38,015 bases of DNA from IMG/VR virus record IMGVR_UViG_3300024581_002691, positions 1 through 38,015 of that record. One strand, given 5' to 3'. The translations under genes and the position numbers were made by a program. The notes beneath the pieces were generated by a model. That model did not search any database. It was not told where the DNA came from and saw only the letters and a program-made list of their open reading frames with translations. Source of the DNA: a virus. Shown here piece after piece: positions 27,271-34,111 of the stretch. Each line of letters begins with the position of its first letter. Within the stretch, counting starts at the first letter, position 1.

Positions 27271-27665
27271 TACACACCATCATCATAGGCAGCTGTATTA
27301 ACCCAGCTGGTCACTTGCACTGTTTGGCCAGCAGTAATAGATGCATTGTCGATAGTCACACCGTCACCACCATTGATCAACCCAGACTCTAAAAACACTG
27401 AGCCAGACGTGTTAAGCTGATAATGCCCTGCTGTACCTGTAGCATCAGCCGAACTATCTTCTGTAATTGCGTTAGCAGTTAGGACACCATTACTTGCAAC
27501 TCCCCACGCAGATGCATTACCTGTTGCCTCTGCTAGCAGAGTTCCCTGACCTCCAGTACCAGCATTAACTCCCGACCTAACTTGGACTTCTGCCGATGTA
27601 CCACGCTCTGTATTAAGAGAAGTCATAAGCGCATTTCTTAATGCGTCCGTACGTCTAATAGTCAT
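27270..27665 (-). CDS. hypothetical Gly/Thr/Ala-rich protein with internal duplication
   Basis: 131 aa. Resembles an uncharacterised phage family (..ALRNAL...L......V.V.SG...G......LLAE......W......GV..AN.I). Confidence 0.5.
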   Translation of the reverse strand: MTIRRTDALRNALMTSLNTERGTSAEVQVRSGVNAGTGGQGTLLAEATGNASAWGVASNGVLTANAITEDSSADATGTAGHYQLNTSGSVFLESGLINGGDGVTIDNASITAGQTVQVTSWVNTAAYDDGV

Positions 27666-27666
27666 A

Positions 27667-28032
27667 TTATGCTCCCATTTTCGCTAGTTTTTCGTTTAGC
27701 TCTGATTTCAAGCGGTCAATTTCTCGAATTTTAGCTACTTGCGGCTTCCGCTCCTCTATATCTTCTAGAGAATACTTATCTCTAACGGTGTACATCCACT
27801 CATAGCACTTTTTTACTTTTTCAGTGTCAAATTGATCGCCACTCTCTGATTTAATGCCCGTATCGTAAGATTCCAACGGTTGCGCAAGATTCTTGCCGTC
27901 ATAATCTGGATTTTCTTTTGAATAAACTTTCACTACCCATGTTCCAGATGTGCGATCAATAAATGGAACGGCTTTAGACAGCCTGTAATCCCAGACTTCT
28001 TTTATGTCGATACCTTCGAATTTTTTAGTCAC
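27667..28032 (-). CDS. hypothetical protein
   Basis: 121-aa ORF with no recognisable motif. Confidence 0.5.
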   Translation of the reverse strand: MTKKFEGIDIKEVWDYRLSKAVPFIDRTSGTWVVKVYSKENPDYDGKNLAQPLESYDTGIKSESGDQFDTEKVKKCYEWMYTVRDKYSLEDIEERKPQVAKIREIDRLKSELNEKLAKMGA

Positions 28033-28041
28033 TATGACCCC

Positions 28042-28824
28042 CTAAATAACAGTTTTTGTAACAGTTTTACGTATTGTCTTGCGTAGTGTGCCTATTATAT
28101 CTCCTGCAGCAGACTCCGGCGGAGAGTCTTTATACGGGTGGCCTGGGGGTAATCTTGATTCTAGACCCCATTTCCAAGCCATATAACCTACAACTATATC
28201 TATATCATCCTGTACGATAGCACCGTTTATTATAAGTGCTTCGCCTATTGCTCCCTGATGATAAAACAACGATGTTAACGTCCTACCAATCACACTAAAA
28301 GTGGAGCTGGGGGTTTCACCTGTATTTATAGTAATTCCATTTGAACCAAAGAAATCAACCCTTGCAGATGTACCCCTGATCACTGTAGCGGTCAAAAAAC
28401 TACCGAATTCTATGTTAAAATCATGAAAATCTATAGCACTGTCTGTTTTAGTGTAATAGTTGTCGTCTGAATCCCATAACAGTGACGTCCTATAATCGCC
28501 AAAAATCTCACCGAATATTTGTGACACTATAAGATCGCTAGGCCTGCTGAAGACATTAACAATAGTCATATCATTAACTAGACTGTAAACACTGCTTAGT
28601 GTCAAATAGTCATTTACGCCGTCGAATTCTATTGTATTTAAGCCGCCTATAGTTACAGTATTTGTGGCGGGCTTGTTTGCCTCCGTTGTTTGATTAGCAT
28701 GCTTATTGTTTCCGCTCTTGTCGAGCCAGCTGCTAACGGCACCCGAGCTTTGAATTATCGTACCGGAATCAGCTGCGTCGTACCAAATTTCTGTATTTAT
28801 CTCCTCCGGTGTCCAAAGCGCCAC
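28042..28824 (-). CDS. single-domain LamG / concanavalin-like protein, paralogue of the 965-aa protein, first gene of the leftward block
   Basis: GTG start. ALWTPEEINTEIWYDAADSGTI...WLDKSGNNKHANQ...VVGYMAWKWGLESRLPPGHPYK. C-terminal LRKTIRKTVTKTVI. Confidence 0.65.
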   Translation of the reverse strand: MALWTPEEINTEIWYDAADSGTIIQSSGAVSSWLDKSGNNKHANQTTEANKPATNTVTIGGLNTIEFDGVNDYLTLSSVYSLVNDMTIVNVFSRPSDLIVSQIFGEIFGDYRTSLLWDSDDNYYTKTDSAIDFHDFNIEFGSFLTATVIRGTSARVDFFGSNGITINTGETPSSTFSVIGRTLTSLFYHQGAIGEALIINGAIVQDDIDIVVGYMAWKWGLESRLPPGHPYKDSPPESAAGDIIGTLRKTIRKTVTKTVI

Positions 28825-28867
28825 TGCTCTACCTTAAGTCATTCTTCGCATGATCTGATTATATCAT

Positions 28868-28876
28868 ATTCAGAAA
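28868..28876 (-). promoter_or_regulatory. candidate extended -10 promoter (TGaTATAAT) for the leftward morphogenesis block
   Basis: The minus strand reads ATATGATATAAT about 45 nt upstream of GTG 28824. No good -35 element. Confidence 0.35.
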
Positions 28877-28972
28877 TAGGTGTCTTATAGTAAAGTCAAA
28901 CTGTATTTCTCTATATTAACTTACTGGTATGACAACTAAATACTATCATTTAACTTAAATACTAATTTAGTA

Positions 28973-29000
28973 TTGACATACTATTAGCATAAGCTATAAT
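28973..29000 (+). promoter_or_regulatory. sigma70-type early promoter (TTGACA, 16-nt spacer, TATAAT)
   Basis: Consensus hexamers read directly. Upstream TTTAGTA is shared with two other promoters. Lies 35 nt upstream of the first rightward gene. Confidence 0.75.
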
Positions 29001-29034
29001 ACACTTACTAACTTAAACAACTGGAGAAAAGAAA

Positions 29035-29313
29035 ATGGCTATAATTTTACTATCTATAATTATGATTATATTTGGCGCTATTATTGCTGTACACCACAAA
29101 TTTAATGATCATATACAAGTTTTAGGTGGCTTTCTTAGTATAGCCGCAACTATTTCTCTTATTTTTACATGCATTTTTTTTATAGGCTCAGTAAACCACG
29201 CAGGACTTGTCAATAAGAAATGCGGAACAAGTTACACGGGTTCAGATTTTTTTTACTCATCTGGATTAATCGATGAATTCTTGAAAAAAGAATGCACTAA
29301 CTTAAACAAATGA
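29035..29313 (+). CDS. small membrane protein (2 TM), first early gene
   Basis: 92 aa with two hydrophobic segments. SD GGAGAAAAGAAAATG. Confidence 0.55.
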   Translation: MAIILLSIIMIIFGAIIAVHHKFNDHIQVLGGFLSIAATISLIFTCIFFIGSVNHAGLVNKKCGTSYTGSDFFYSSGLIDEFLKKECTNLNK

Positions 29314-29323
29314 GGAAACGAAA

Positions 29324-29431
29324 ATGGCGATAAAAGATAATCTATTTAAAACCTACATCGGTAAAAAAGTTGTGATCCGGTTAACAGTACTCGAAGATGC
29401 TATCCAGGCTTTCAACGACATGGAGATATGA
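29324..29431 (+). CDS. 35-aa hypothetical protein
   Basis: Not in the ORF track because it is under 60 aa. Its initiation region GAGGAAACGAAAATG is identical to that of gene 32912. ATGA coupling to the next gene. Confidence 0.4.
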   Translation: MAIKDNLFKTYIGKKVVIRLTVLEDAIQAFNDMEI

Positions 29432-29664
29432 GCATGAACAAAATAGAAAACTGGACATGGCAACTACCCTCCTCCGAGGGAAAATACTTAATGTGCTACG
29501 GCGATGTAGAAACATTCGATAACTTAAGCTTTATCGAAGTAGAAGAAATAGCAGGTGCTATGTGCATTAGACACAAAAACGGGTTTTTACTTAGCGACAA
29601 AGATCCAGTTCCAATTTCAATGTATGATCGCAAACCGTACAAGTTTGCTAAGCTTAATTTTTGA
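29428..29664 (+). CDS. hypothetical protein
   Basis: 78-aa ORF coupled to the upstream micro-gene. Confidence 0.5.
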   Translation: MSMNKIENWTWQLPSSEGKYLMCYGDVETFDNLSFIEVEEIAGAMCIRHKNGFLLSDKDPVPISMYDRKPYKFAKLNF

Positions 29665-29723
29665 GGTGATCAAACAATGGGTAGTTATATCAACATCAGT
29701 CTAGAAATAAATAAAAATGAGAT

Positions 29724-30062
29724 ATGGGGCGAGAAAAAATGGAAATAAACAAAACCAAAGCAAAGCTGCCGACAGTAAAATCTAATGATCAATTACAAAG
29801 CTTAGACACTTTCGCAGCAGCGGCAGGAGAAATATCAAAGCATCAAGATGTAACGCCAAAACGCGACAATCGCAGCGATGATGTGAAAAACAAGATTAAA
29901 AAAGTATCTATTGTAAGTATGCAATCAATATCTAGTATATCGATGCCGAGCGGGATTGACGACAGCGACGAAAGCAACGGTAACGAGATTAGAACAGATG
30001 GACGTTTTAATATTGATCAGAAGAATACAGAGAAGAATCCACCGAAAATCCCGAGGAGATGA
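29724..30062 (+). CDS. hypothetical Ser/Asp/Lys-rich protein
   Basis: 112-aa ORF. The start is uncertain (alternative ATG at 29739). Confidence 0.45.
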   Translation: MGREKMEINKTKAKLPTVKSNDQLQSLDTFAAAAGEISKHQDVTPKRDNRSDDVKNKIKKVSIVSMQSISSISMPSGIDDSDESNGNEIRTDGRFNIDQKNTEKNPPKIPRR

Positions 30063-30122
30063 TGGATTGGTAAATTTATCATAGTTCATTAAGTACATCA
30101 AACATACTGAGGAGAAACGGCA

Positions 30123-30275
30123 ATGACTACAGATAAGATTATATTTGAGCTTCGATGCTATAAAAAAACCATGGGCTTAGATCGTGCTGTTGCGCGCGTT
30201 AAACGCATACATCACTACAGCATGAATAACGAAGTTGATAAGGCTTCACTGATTATCATTAAGCGAGGATTTTAG
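30123..30275 (+). CDS. 50-aa hypothetical protein
   Basis: Not in the ORF track. SD GAGGAGAAACGGCAATG. Sequence MTTDKIIFELRCYKKTMGLDRAVARVKRIHHY... Confidence 0.4.
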   Translation: MTTDKIIFELRCYKKTMGLDRAVARVKRIHHYSMNNEVDKASLIIIKRGF

Positions 30276-30399
30276 CTAAAAAAATAGCCCGTACTACTGA
30301 GGAATAGCCGGGCTACTAAGGCAAGCTGAAATCAAGGCGGAAACGGTCACCTGATTCAACAAAGCAATTATACACGATTACACACGATATGGGTAATTC

Positions 30400-30582
30400 A
30401 TGAAAGAAGTTAACAAGCACATAAAAATCGACAAGAGCACATATCTACACATTGACGATATTCGATGCATTCAAAAATCCTACGGAACAATAAGAATAGA
30501 AACCGGCAAAGATTTATATATTGTAGATGAAGAACAAGAAGAAGCATTTATTAACCAGCTGGGCTTAAAATTCGAGGATTGA
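30400..30582 (+). CDS. hypothetical protein
   Basis: 60-aa ORF. Its C-terminal ...FED plus stop supplies the GAGGA SD for the next gene. Confidence 0.45.
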   Translation: MKEVNKHIKIDKSTYLHIDDIRCIQKSYGTIRIETGKDLYIVDEEQEEAFINQLGLKFED

Positions 30583-30587
30583 CAGCA

Positions 30588-30842
30588 ATGAAATTATTTT
30601 TATTAACACAAACTGTTAACGATGAATACGATACTTTTGACGCTATCGTAGTATCAGCAGAATCTGAAGAAGATGCTAAAACGATACCTCCAGGATTCAA
30701 TACTGGGTACGGGAGGACAAGTCATTGGGATAAAAGCATGTGGGTACCTTATGAATCACGAGATGAAGACATTACAGCAGAATATATAGGTGAGACACAT
30801 AAGCCACGTGGAGTCATACTTAATTCTTTTAACGCAGGGTAG
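30588..30842 (+). CDS. hypothetical protein (MKLFLLTQ...YDTFDAIVVSAESEEDAK family)
   Basis: ATG 30588 lies 9 nt after GAGGA (the track opens at TTG 30579). Resembles a small, widespread phage protein family of unknown function. Confidence 0.5.
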   Translation: MKLFLLTQTVNDEYDTFDAIVVSAESEEDAKTIPPGFNTGYGRTSHWDKSMWVPYESRDEDITAEYIGETHKPRGVILNSFNAG

Positions 30843-30848
30843 TGAACA

Positions 30849-31043
30849 ATGAATAACGCAGATATAGACGAAATTATCAACAACGCAGGCTATGGAATAA
30901 AAAAAGCTCAAGACAAAAAAGAGCTATTTTTGCAACGGAATCTCGTAGAATATGCTTATAAGATTGGTTTCAACAGCGGAGTAAAAGCTACTAAAAAGTT
31001 CCAAGGATTCGTAGACGGGTGGGCAAATGATAAAAGTATCTAA
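30849..31043 (+). CDS. hypothetical protein
   Basis: 64-aa ORF. Confidence 0.45.
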   Translation: MNNADIDEIINNAGYGIKKAQDKKELFLQRNLVEYAYKIGFNSGVKATKKFQGFVDGWANDKSI

Positions 31044-31404
31044 AGAAATGATGCTAGCTTTCAAAGAAGCGGCAAGAGAAGTAAATGCTTTATCAGAAAA
31101 AATTGATGACGAAGATATAACTTATTTGTTCACAAGCATGTACGAAGCGGCAGACATGGACATCAAGCCCGAAGTTCTTAAAAAACAACTTGAAAGTTAT
31201 TTAGAACTAGCTGACAAAAATACAAAACGTAAGGATCAACTAATCTCTGATTTGATGGATTGCATTATGTTAAGAAATTATTCAGATAATAGAACAATAG
31301 ACGAAAGAGTTAGTGACTTTAGAGATATCTGTTACGACAATGATTGGTGCATAAGATGCTCATGCTATCACGCGGACGGATTTTGTGATTATGAAGAATA
31401 TTGA
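31027..31404 (+). CDS. hypothetical protein with Cys-rich C-terminus (CIRCSCYHADGFC)
   Basis: 125-aa ORF. Confidence 0.5.
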   Translation: MIKVSKEMMLAFKEAAREVNALSEKIDDEDITYLFTSMYEAADMDIKPEVLKKQLESYLELADKNTKRKDQLISDLMDCIMLRNYSDNRTIDERVSDFRDICYDNDWCIRCSCYHADGFCDYEEY

Positions 31405-31416
31405 TTATATTGTATC

Positions 31417-31445
31417 TACAAAACATCTAAATAATTAGCTATAAT
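31417..31445 (+). promoter_or_regulatory. candidate promoter for the replication operon (TACAAA, 17-nt spacer, TATAAT)
   Basis: Perfect -10 and weak -35, inside a 200-bp intergenic gap. Confidence 0.35.
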
Positions 31446-31502
31446 TGTAATACGCTTAGCGTCGGTGACTGATCTCATCGCAAACAATAGAAAACGGTAT
31501 GA

Positions 31503-31603
31503 ATAGTATCCTTTGCTGTGATTCTGTCTGTGCCGTCCTTGACCGTCTAGGTTTCCGTTTTCCGGCTTGATCAGACGGGCAGAATCACAACAAAGGGTAT
31601 TAT
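31503..31603 (+). promoter_or_regulatory. about 100-nt imperfect hairpin or palindrome ending at the start codon of the DUF1376 gene
   Basis: 31510..31526 pairs with 31580..31596 (16 of 17 bp). 31533..31537 pairs with 31574..31578. The stem extends outward with G-U pairs to 31603. The right arm contains the SD AAGGG. Confidence 0.55.
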
Positions 31604-32455
31604 ATGCACTATTATTCTTTTAATATTTCTGATTTTTCTCTATCAACGAATCATCTAACGCTAGAAGAAGAAGCCGTATATAGACGACTTCTTGATTATT
31701 ATTATTCCAAAGAAAAGCCCATTCCAGCAGAAACCCAGCCGGTTATTCGTCGGTTAAGGCTAGGTTCACATTCGGATACCGTAGCTTCTATTTTGAACGA
31801 ATTTTTCGAACTTGACGATGATGGTTGGCACAATTCCCGAGCAGATATTGAGATTGCTGCATACCATGACAAAGCAGAAGTAGCGCGCAAAAATGGCAAG
31901 CTCGGCGGTAGACCCCCCAAGAATAAAGGGCTAAAAACCCAGTCGGTTATTTTAGCTAACCCAGCAGAAACCGGATCGAAAGCTAACCAAGAACTAATAA
32001 CTAATAACCAAGAACTAATAACTAATAAACATATACCCACTGCTCCGCACTGGATGAACGCATACGTTGAAACCTTCTGGTCATCTTACCCTAAAAAAAC
32101 GGACAAAAAGAAATCAATTGATCGACTTAAGAAGATGATCAAAAATAAACCTGACGAAGAATTCTTCTACAGCATACTTCACAAAGTTAACGCCAAAGCT
32201 TTAGTCACTGATAAACAATTTTGGCCAAGCCCTGATCGCTATCTGCGAGACGAGCTCTGGAATGATGAAATAATCGAGTACTCAGACAATGAAAAAAATA
32301 GATCTCAGCAACATCGAAAAGAATCTGCTCTCGAAAGAGCCGACAGGCTGCAACGAGAAATGGACACCGGAACCGGAGCGTTTGCAAACCATGGTCGAGT
32401 TCTGGAAGTGGATGACACAATTGTATCAACACAAGTTCCTGAAAGTTTTTGGTAA
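31604..32455 (+). CDS. DUF1376 (YdaU-like) replication-associated protein
   Basis: MHYYSFNISDFSLSTNHLTLEEEAVYRRLLDYYY matches the DUF1376 N-terminal signature. GKLGGRPPKNKG linker. C-terminal FWSSYPKKTDKKKS motif. Confidence 0.75.
   Translation: MHYYSFNISDFSLSTNHLTLEEEAVYRRLLDYYYSKEKPIPAETQPVIRRLRLGSHSDTVASILNEFFELDDDGWHNSRADIEIAAYHDKAEVARKNGKLGGRPPKNKGLKTQSVILANPAETGSKANQELITNNQELITNKHIPTAPHWMNAYVETFWSSYPKKTDKKKSIDRLKKMIKNKPDEEFFYSILHKVNAKALVTDKQFWPSPDRYLRDELWNDEIIEYSDNEKNRSQQHRKESALERADRLQREMDTGTGAFANHGRVLEVDDTIVSTQVPESFW
31985..32026 (+). repeat. two perfect tandem 21-bp repeats (AACCAAGAACTAATAACTAAT), candidate iterons
   Basis: Read directly. Encodes NQELITN twice in the inter-domain linker of the DUF1376 gene. 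Confidence 0.85.
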
Positions 32456-32831
32456 TCACATCGACGAGAATGGCTACACTAAAACGTTTCTTGAGCGTTG
32501 CTATCAGCTACGTGACATAGACCAAGCTGGCTGGTCAAGAGTACGCGAACGTATTCAATCAGACATTAGACAAAACGCTCTAAAACACAAAGAGTCATGG
32601 CCACCAAACTATTTAGAGATTCTTGCTTATGCTGAAGAGCCAGAGACAGATGAATGGGTGAATGAGCGGATGTATAAAATATTCGATAACGCAACGGCTA
32701 TCGAAGACAAGACAGCACGTGAAAAACGCATGCAACTTGGCAGAGAGCAAACAGCTAAGCTATTCACGATTCTCGGTGAGCCTGAATCGCTTGCAGAACG
32801 ATTGACAGATACTAGTTGGGCTGAATATTAA
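32391..32831 (+). CDS. putative replication protein (lambda P-like helicase-loader candidate)
   Basis: The frame is open from 32289. I prefer ATG 32391 (MVEFWKWMTQLYQHKF...); 32412 is also possible. Overlaps the DUF1376 gene. The call rests on position and loose similarity. Confidence 0.4.
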   Translation: MVEFWKWMTQLYQHKFLKVFGNHIDENGYTKTFLERCYQLRDIDQAGWSRVRERIQSDIRQNALKHKESWPPNYLEILAYAEEPETDEWVNERMYKIFDNATAIEDKTAREKRMQLGREQTAKLFTILGEPESLAERLTDTSWAEY

Positions 32832-32849
32832 ATTAATTACAGTTTAGTA

Positions 32850-32878
32850 TTGACTATAATAGATTAGTTAGATACTAT
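32850..32878 (+). promoter_or_regulatory. sigma70-type promoter (TTGACT, 17-nt spacer, TACTAT) with TTTAGTA upstream element
   Basis: TTTAGTATTGACT is identical to the other early promoters. Lies 34 nt upstream of gene 32912. Confidence 0.6.
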
Positions 32879-32911
32879 ACTGATACTACATAAATAACCG
32901 AGGAAACGAAA

Positions 32912-33265
32912 ATGAACGATGAAAAATATTCTAGTCGAGTTGAAATAGAGAAAAAAGAAAAATGGCTTGATTGGGTAGACGAAATACCTTACTTGAATTT
33001 TGATCCTAATTGGGATGTATCAATTATTCCACCATTTATGTATGCGATGGTTAGATTTAAGGTTAAGTCTGGCGAGGGATTTGTTAGTGTTTATTTGGAT
33101 TGCCACAACAGCTTAGGATATTTCGATGGGCCGTATTGGGAAATTTACCCTTTTCATGATGACGTTTACAGAGTCCAGATAAACGATACAGAAAAATTAA
33201 TGGCTGTTATATCAGAATCTCTTAACTATCAAAACAACTCGAAAGAAACCGAGAAAACATTATGA
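32912..33265 (+). CDS. hypothetical protein (module 1, globular partner)
   Basis: 117-aa ORF with initiation region GAGGAAACGAAAATG. Confidence 0.55.
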   Translation: MNDEKYSSRVEIEKKEKWLDWVDEIPYLNFDPNWDVSIIPPFMYAMVRFKVKSGEGFVSVYLDCHNSLGYFDGPYWEIYPFHDDVYRVQINDTEKLMAVISESLNYQNNSKETEKTL

Positions 33266-33435
33266 ACATAGCAATCATGGCGGCTGCAAAGCCTGGCACT
33301 CAATATCATTCTAGTTCAGGGCCTAGGTACGGTTCTCGGTACGGGTCTCGTTCTGGGCGCTCGCTTGGGTCTCACTCTAAGTCTTATTCTAAGTCTTGGT
33401 ATTGTTCAGCGTCTGGACCTAAAGCAGGCAATTAA
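33262..33435 (+). CDS. 57-aa basic Ser-X repeat mini-protein (MNIAIMAAAKPG...SGPKAGN)
   Basis: Not in the ORF track. ATGA overlap with the upstream stop. N- and C-termini are conserved with 34686..34874. Ser is almost always TCT. Confidence 0.5.
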   Translation: MNIAIMAAAKPGTQYHSSSGPRYGSRYGSRSGRSLGSHSKSYSKSWYCSASGPKAGN

Positions 33436-33464
33436 AAGTTAACTTAACTAAAGAGGAAAAAACT
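33430..33464 (+). promoter_or_regulatory. conserved 35-nt spacer with T7-epsilon-like TTAACTTAA plus SD GAGGA (copy 1)
   Basis: AATTAAAAGTTAACTTAACTAAAGAGGAAAAAACT; two further near-identical copies exist. Confidence 0.6.
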
Positions 33465-33848
33465 ATGGACATAGATGATTTAACATACGGTCAAATCAAA
33501 CAATTAAGCAATCTTTTCAGCAATAATAACATTAGCAATAATCATGGCTTAAACTTCCATGTAGGTAAGAAAGTTATCATTAGGACTTTATCCGCTGGAG
33601 TTTGGTTCGGTAAGATCGAACAAAAATGTGGAGAAGAGGTTATTGTAAAAAACGCGCGTAGAATGTACTCATGGAAAGCTAAAAAATCAATCTCACTAAG
33701 CGGTGTAGCAAAATACGGAATTGATCAAAAAAATAGCCGCATAGCTCCTGCTGTCGATAACGAATGGCTTGTTGCTATTGAATTGATCGGATTAACTGAT
33801 GCAGCAATAGAGTCAATAGAAACAGCGGCTGAAGCTGAGGCCTCGTAA
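33465..33848 (+). CDS. conserved phage protein of unknown function (module 2, globular partner)
   Basis: VGKKVIIRTLSAGVWFGKIE...VKNARRMYSWKAKKSISLSGVAKYG resembles a widespread uncharacterised phage family often found beside ssb. Confidence 0.6.
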   Translation: MDIDDLTYGQIKQLSNLFSNNNISNNHGLNFHVGKKVIIRTLSAGVWFGKIEQKCGEEVIVKNARRMYSWKAKKSISLSGVAKYGIDQKNSRIAPAVDNEWLVAIELIGLTDAAIESIETAAEAEAS

Positions 33849-34063
33849 TGTCTTATTTAGATAAACCAGAAGAAAATGGCGATGGCGATGGCTCTGGCTC
33901 TGGCTATGGCTCTGGCTCTGGCTATGGCTCTGGCTCTGGCTATGGCGATGGCTATGGCTCTGGCTCTGGCTATGGCTCTGGCTCTGGCTATGGCTCTGGC
34001 GATGGCGATGGCTATGGCTCTGGCTCTGGCTCTGGCTATGGCTCTGGCTCTGGCTATGGCTAA
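33848..34063 (+). CDS. 71-aa (Gly-X)30 low-complexity protein with nine GYG motifs
   Basis: TAATG overlap with the upstream stop. The frame choice is uncertain because all forward frames are open. Confidence 0.45.
   Translation: MSYLDKPEENGDGDGSGSGYGSGSGYGSGSGYGDGYGSGSGYGSGSGYGSGDGDGYGSGSGSGYGSGSGYG
33878..34060 (+). repeat. 183-bp hexanucleotide array (GGC-TCT / GGC-TAT / GGC-GAT)
   Basis: Read directly: 30.5 units with no deviation from GGC at every second codon. Confidence 0.9.
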
Positions 34064-34076
34064 TCAATAATCCGGC

Positions 34077-34111
34077 AATTAAAATTTAACTTAAACAAAG
34101 AGGAAAAAACT
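34077..34111 (+). promoter_or_regulatory. conserved spacer with epsilon-like TTAACTTAA plus SD (copy 2)
   Basis: AATTAAAATTTAACTTAAACAAAGAGGAAAAAACT. Confidence 0.6.

Noticed and set aside
30276-30399. Intergenic region with an inverted repeat TAGCCCG...CGGGCTA and direct repeats (AATAGCC.G..CTACT.AGG twice; ACACGAT twice), considered as a tRNA, sRNA or terminator
   Set aside because: It has no cloverleaf potential and no T-tract after the stem. The 17-nt loop makes a weak hairpin. There is too little evidence to call a feature, but it is worth including in an RNA-seq check.
31702-32459. Minus-strand ORFs 31702..32040 and 32205..32459 inside the replication genes
   Set aside because: They are antisense to the DUF1376 gene, whose N-terminal signature is clear. 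Their composition is typical of shadow ORFs.
33878-34060. Regular short repeats that might suggest a CRISPR array or non-coding satellite
   Set aside because: The unit is 6 bp with no unique spacers. The array sits inside an ORF that is translationally coupled to its neighbour. It is a coding microsatellite, not a CRISPR array.
33876-34070. Alternative-frame ORFs over the hexamer array (MAMAMALALA... on the plus strand and SHSQSQSQ... at 33813..34067 on the minus strand)
   Set aside because: They are open only because the hexamer lacks stops in those frames. Neither has an SD or start coupling. The plus-strand alternative begins inside the array. The frame is still formally unproven, and the residual ggcAATTAA after the array lies in the MAMALA frame, so this is noted as a caveat.
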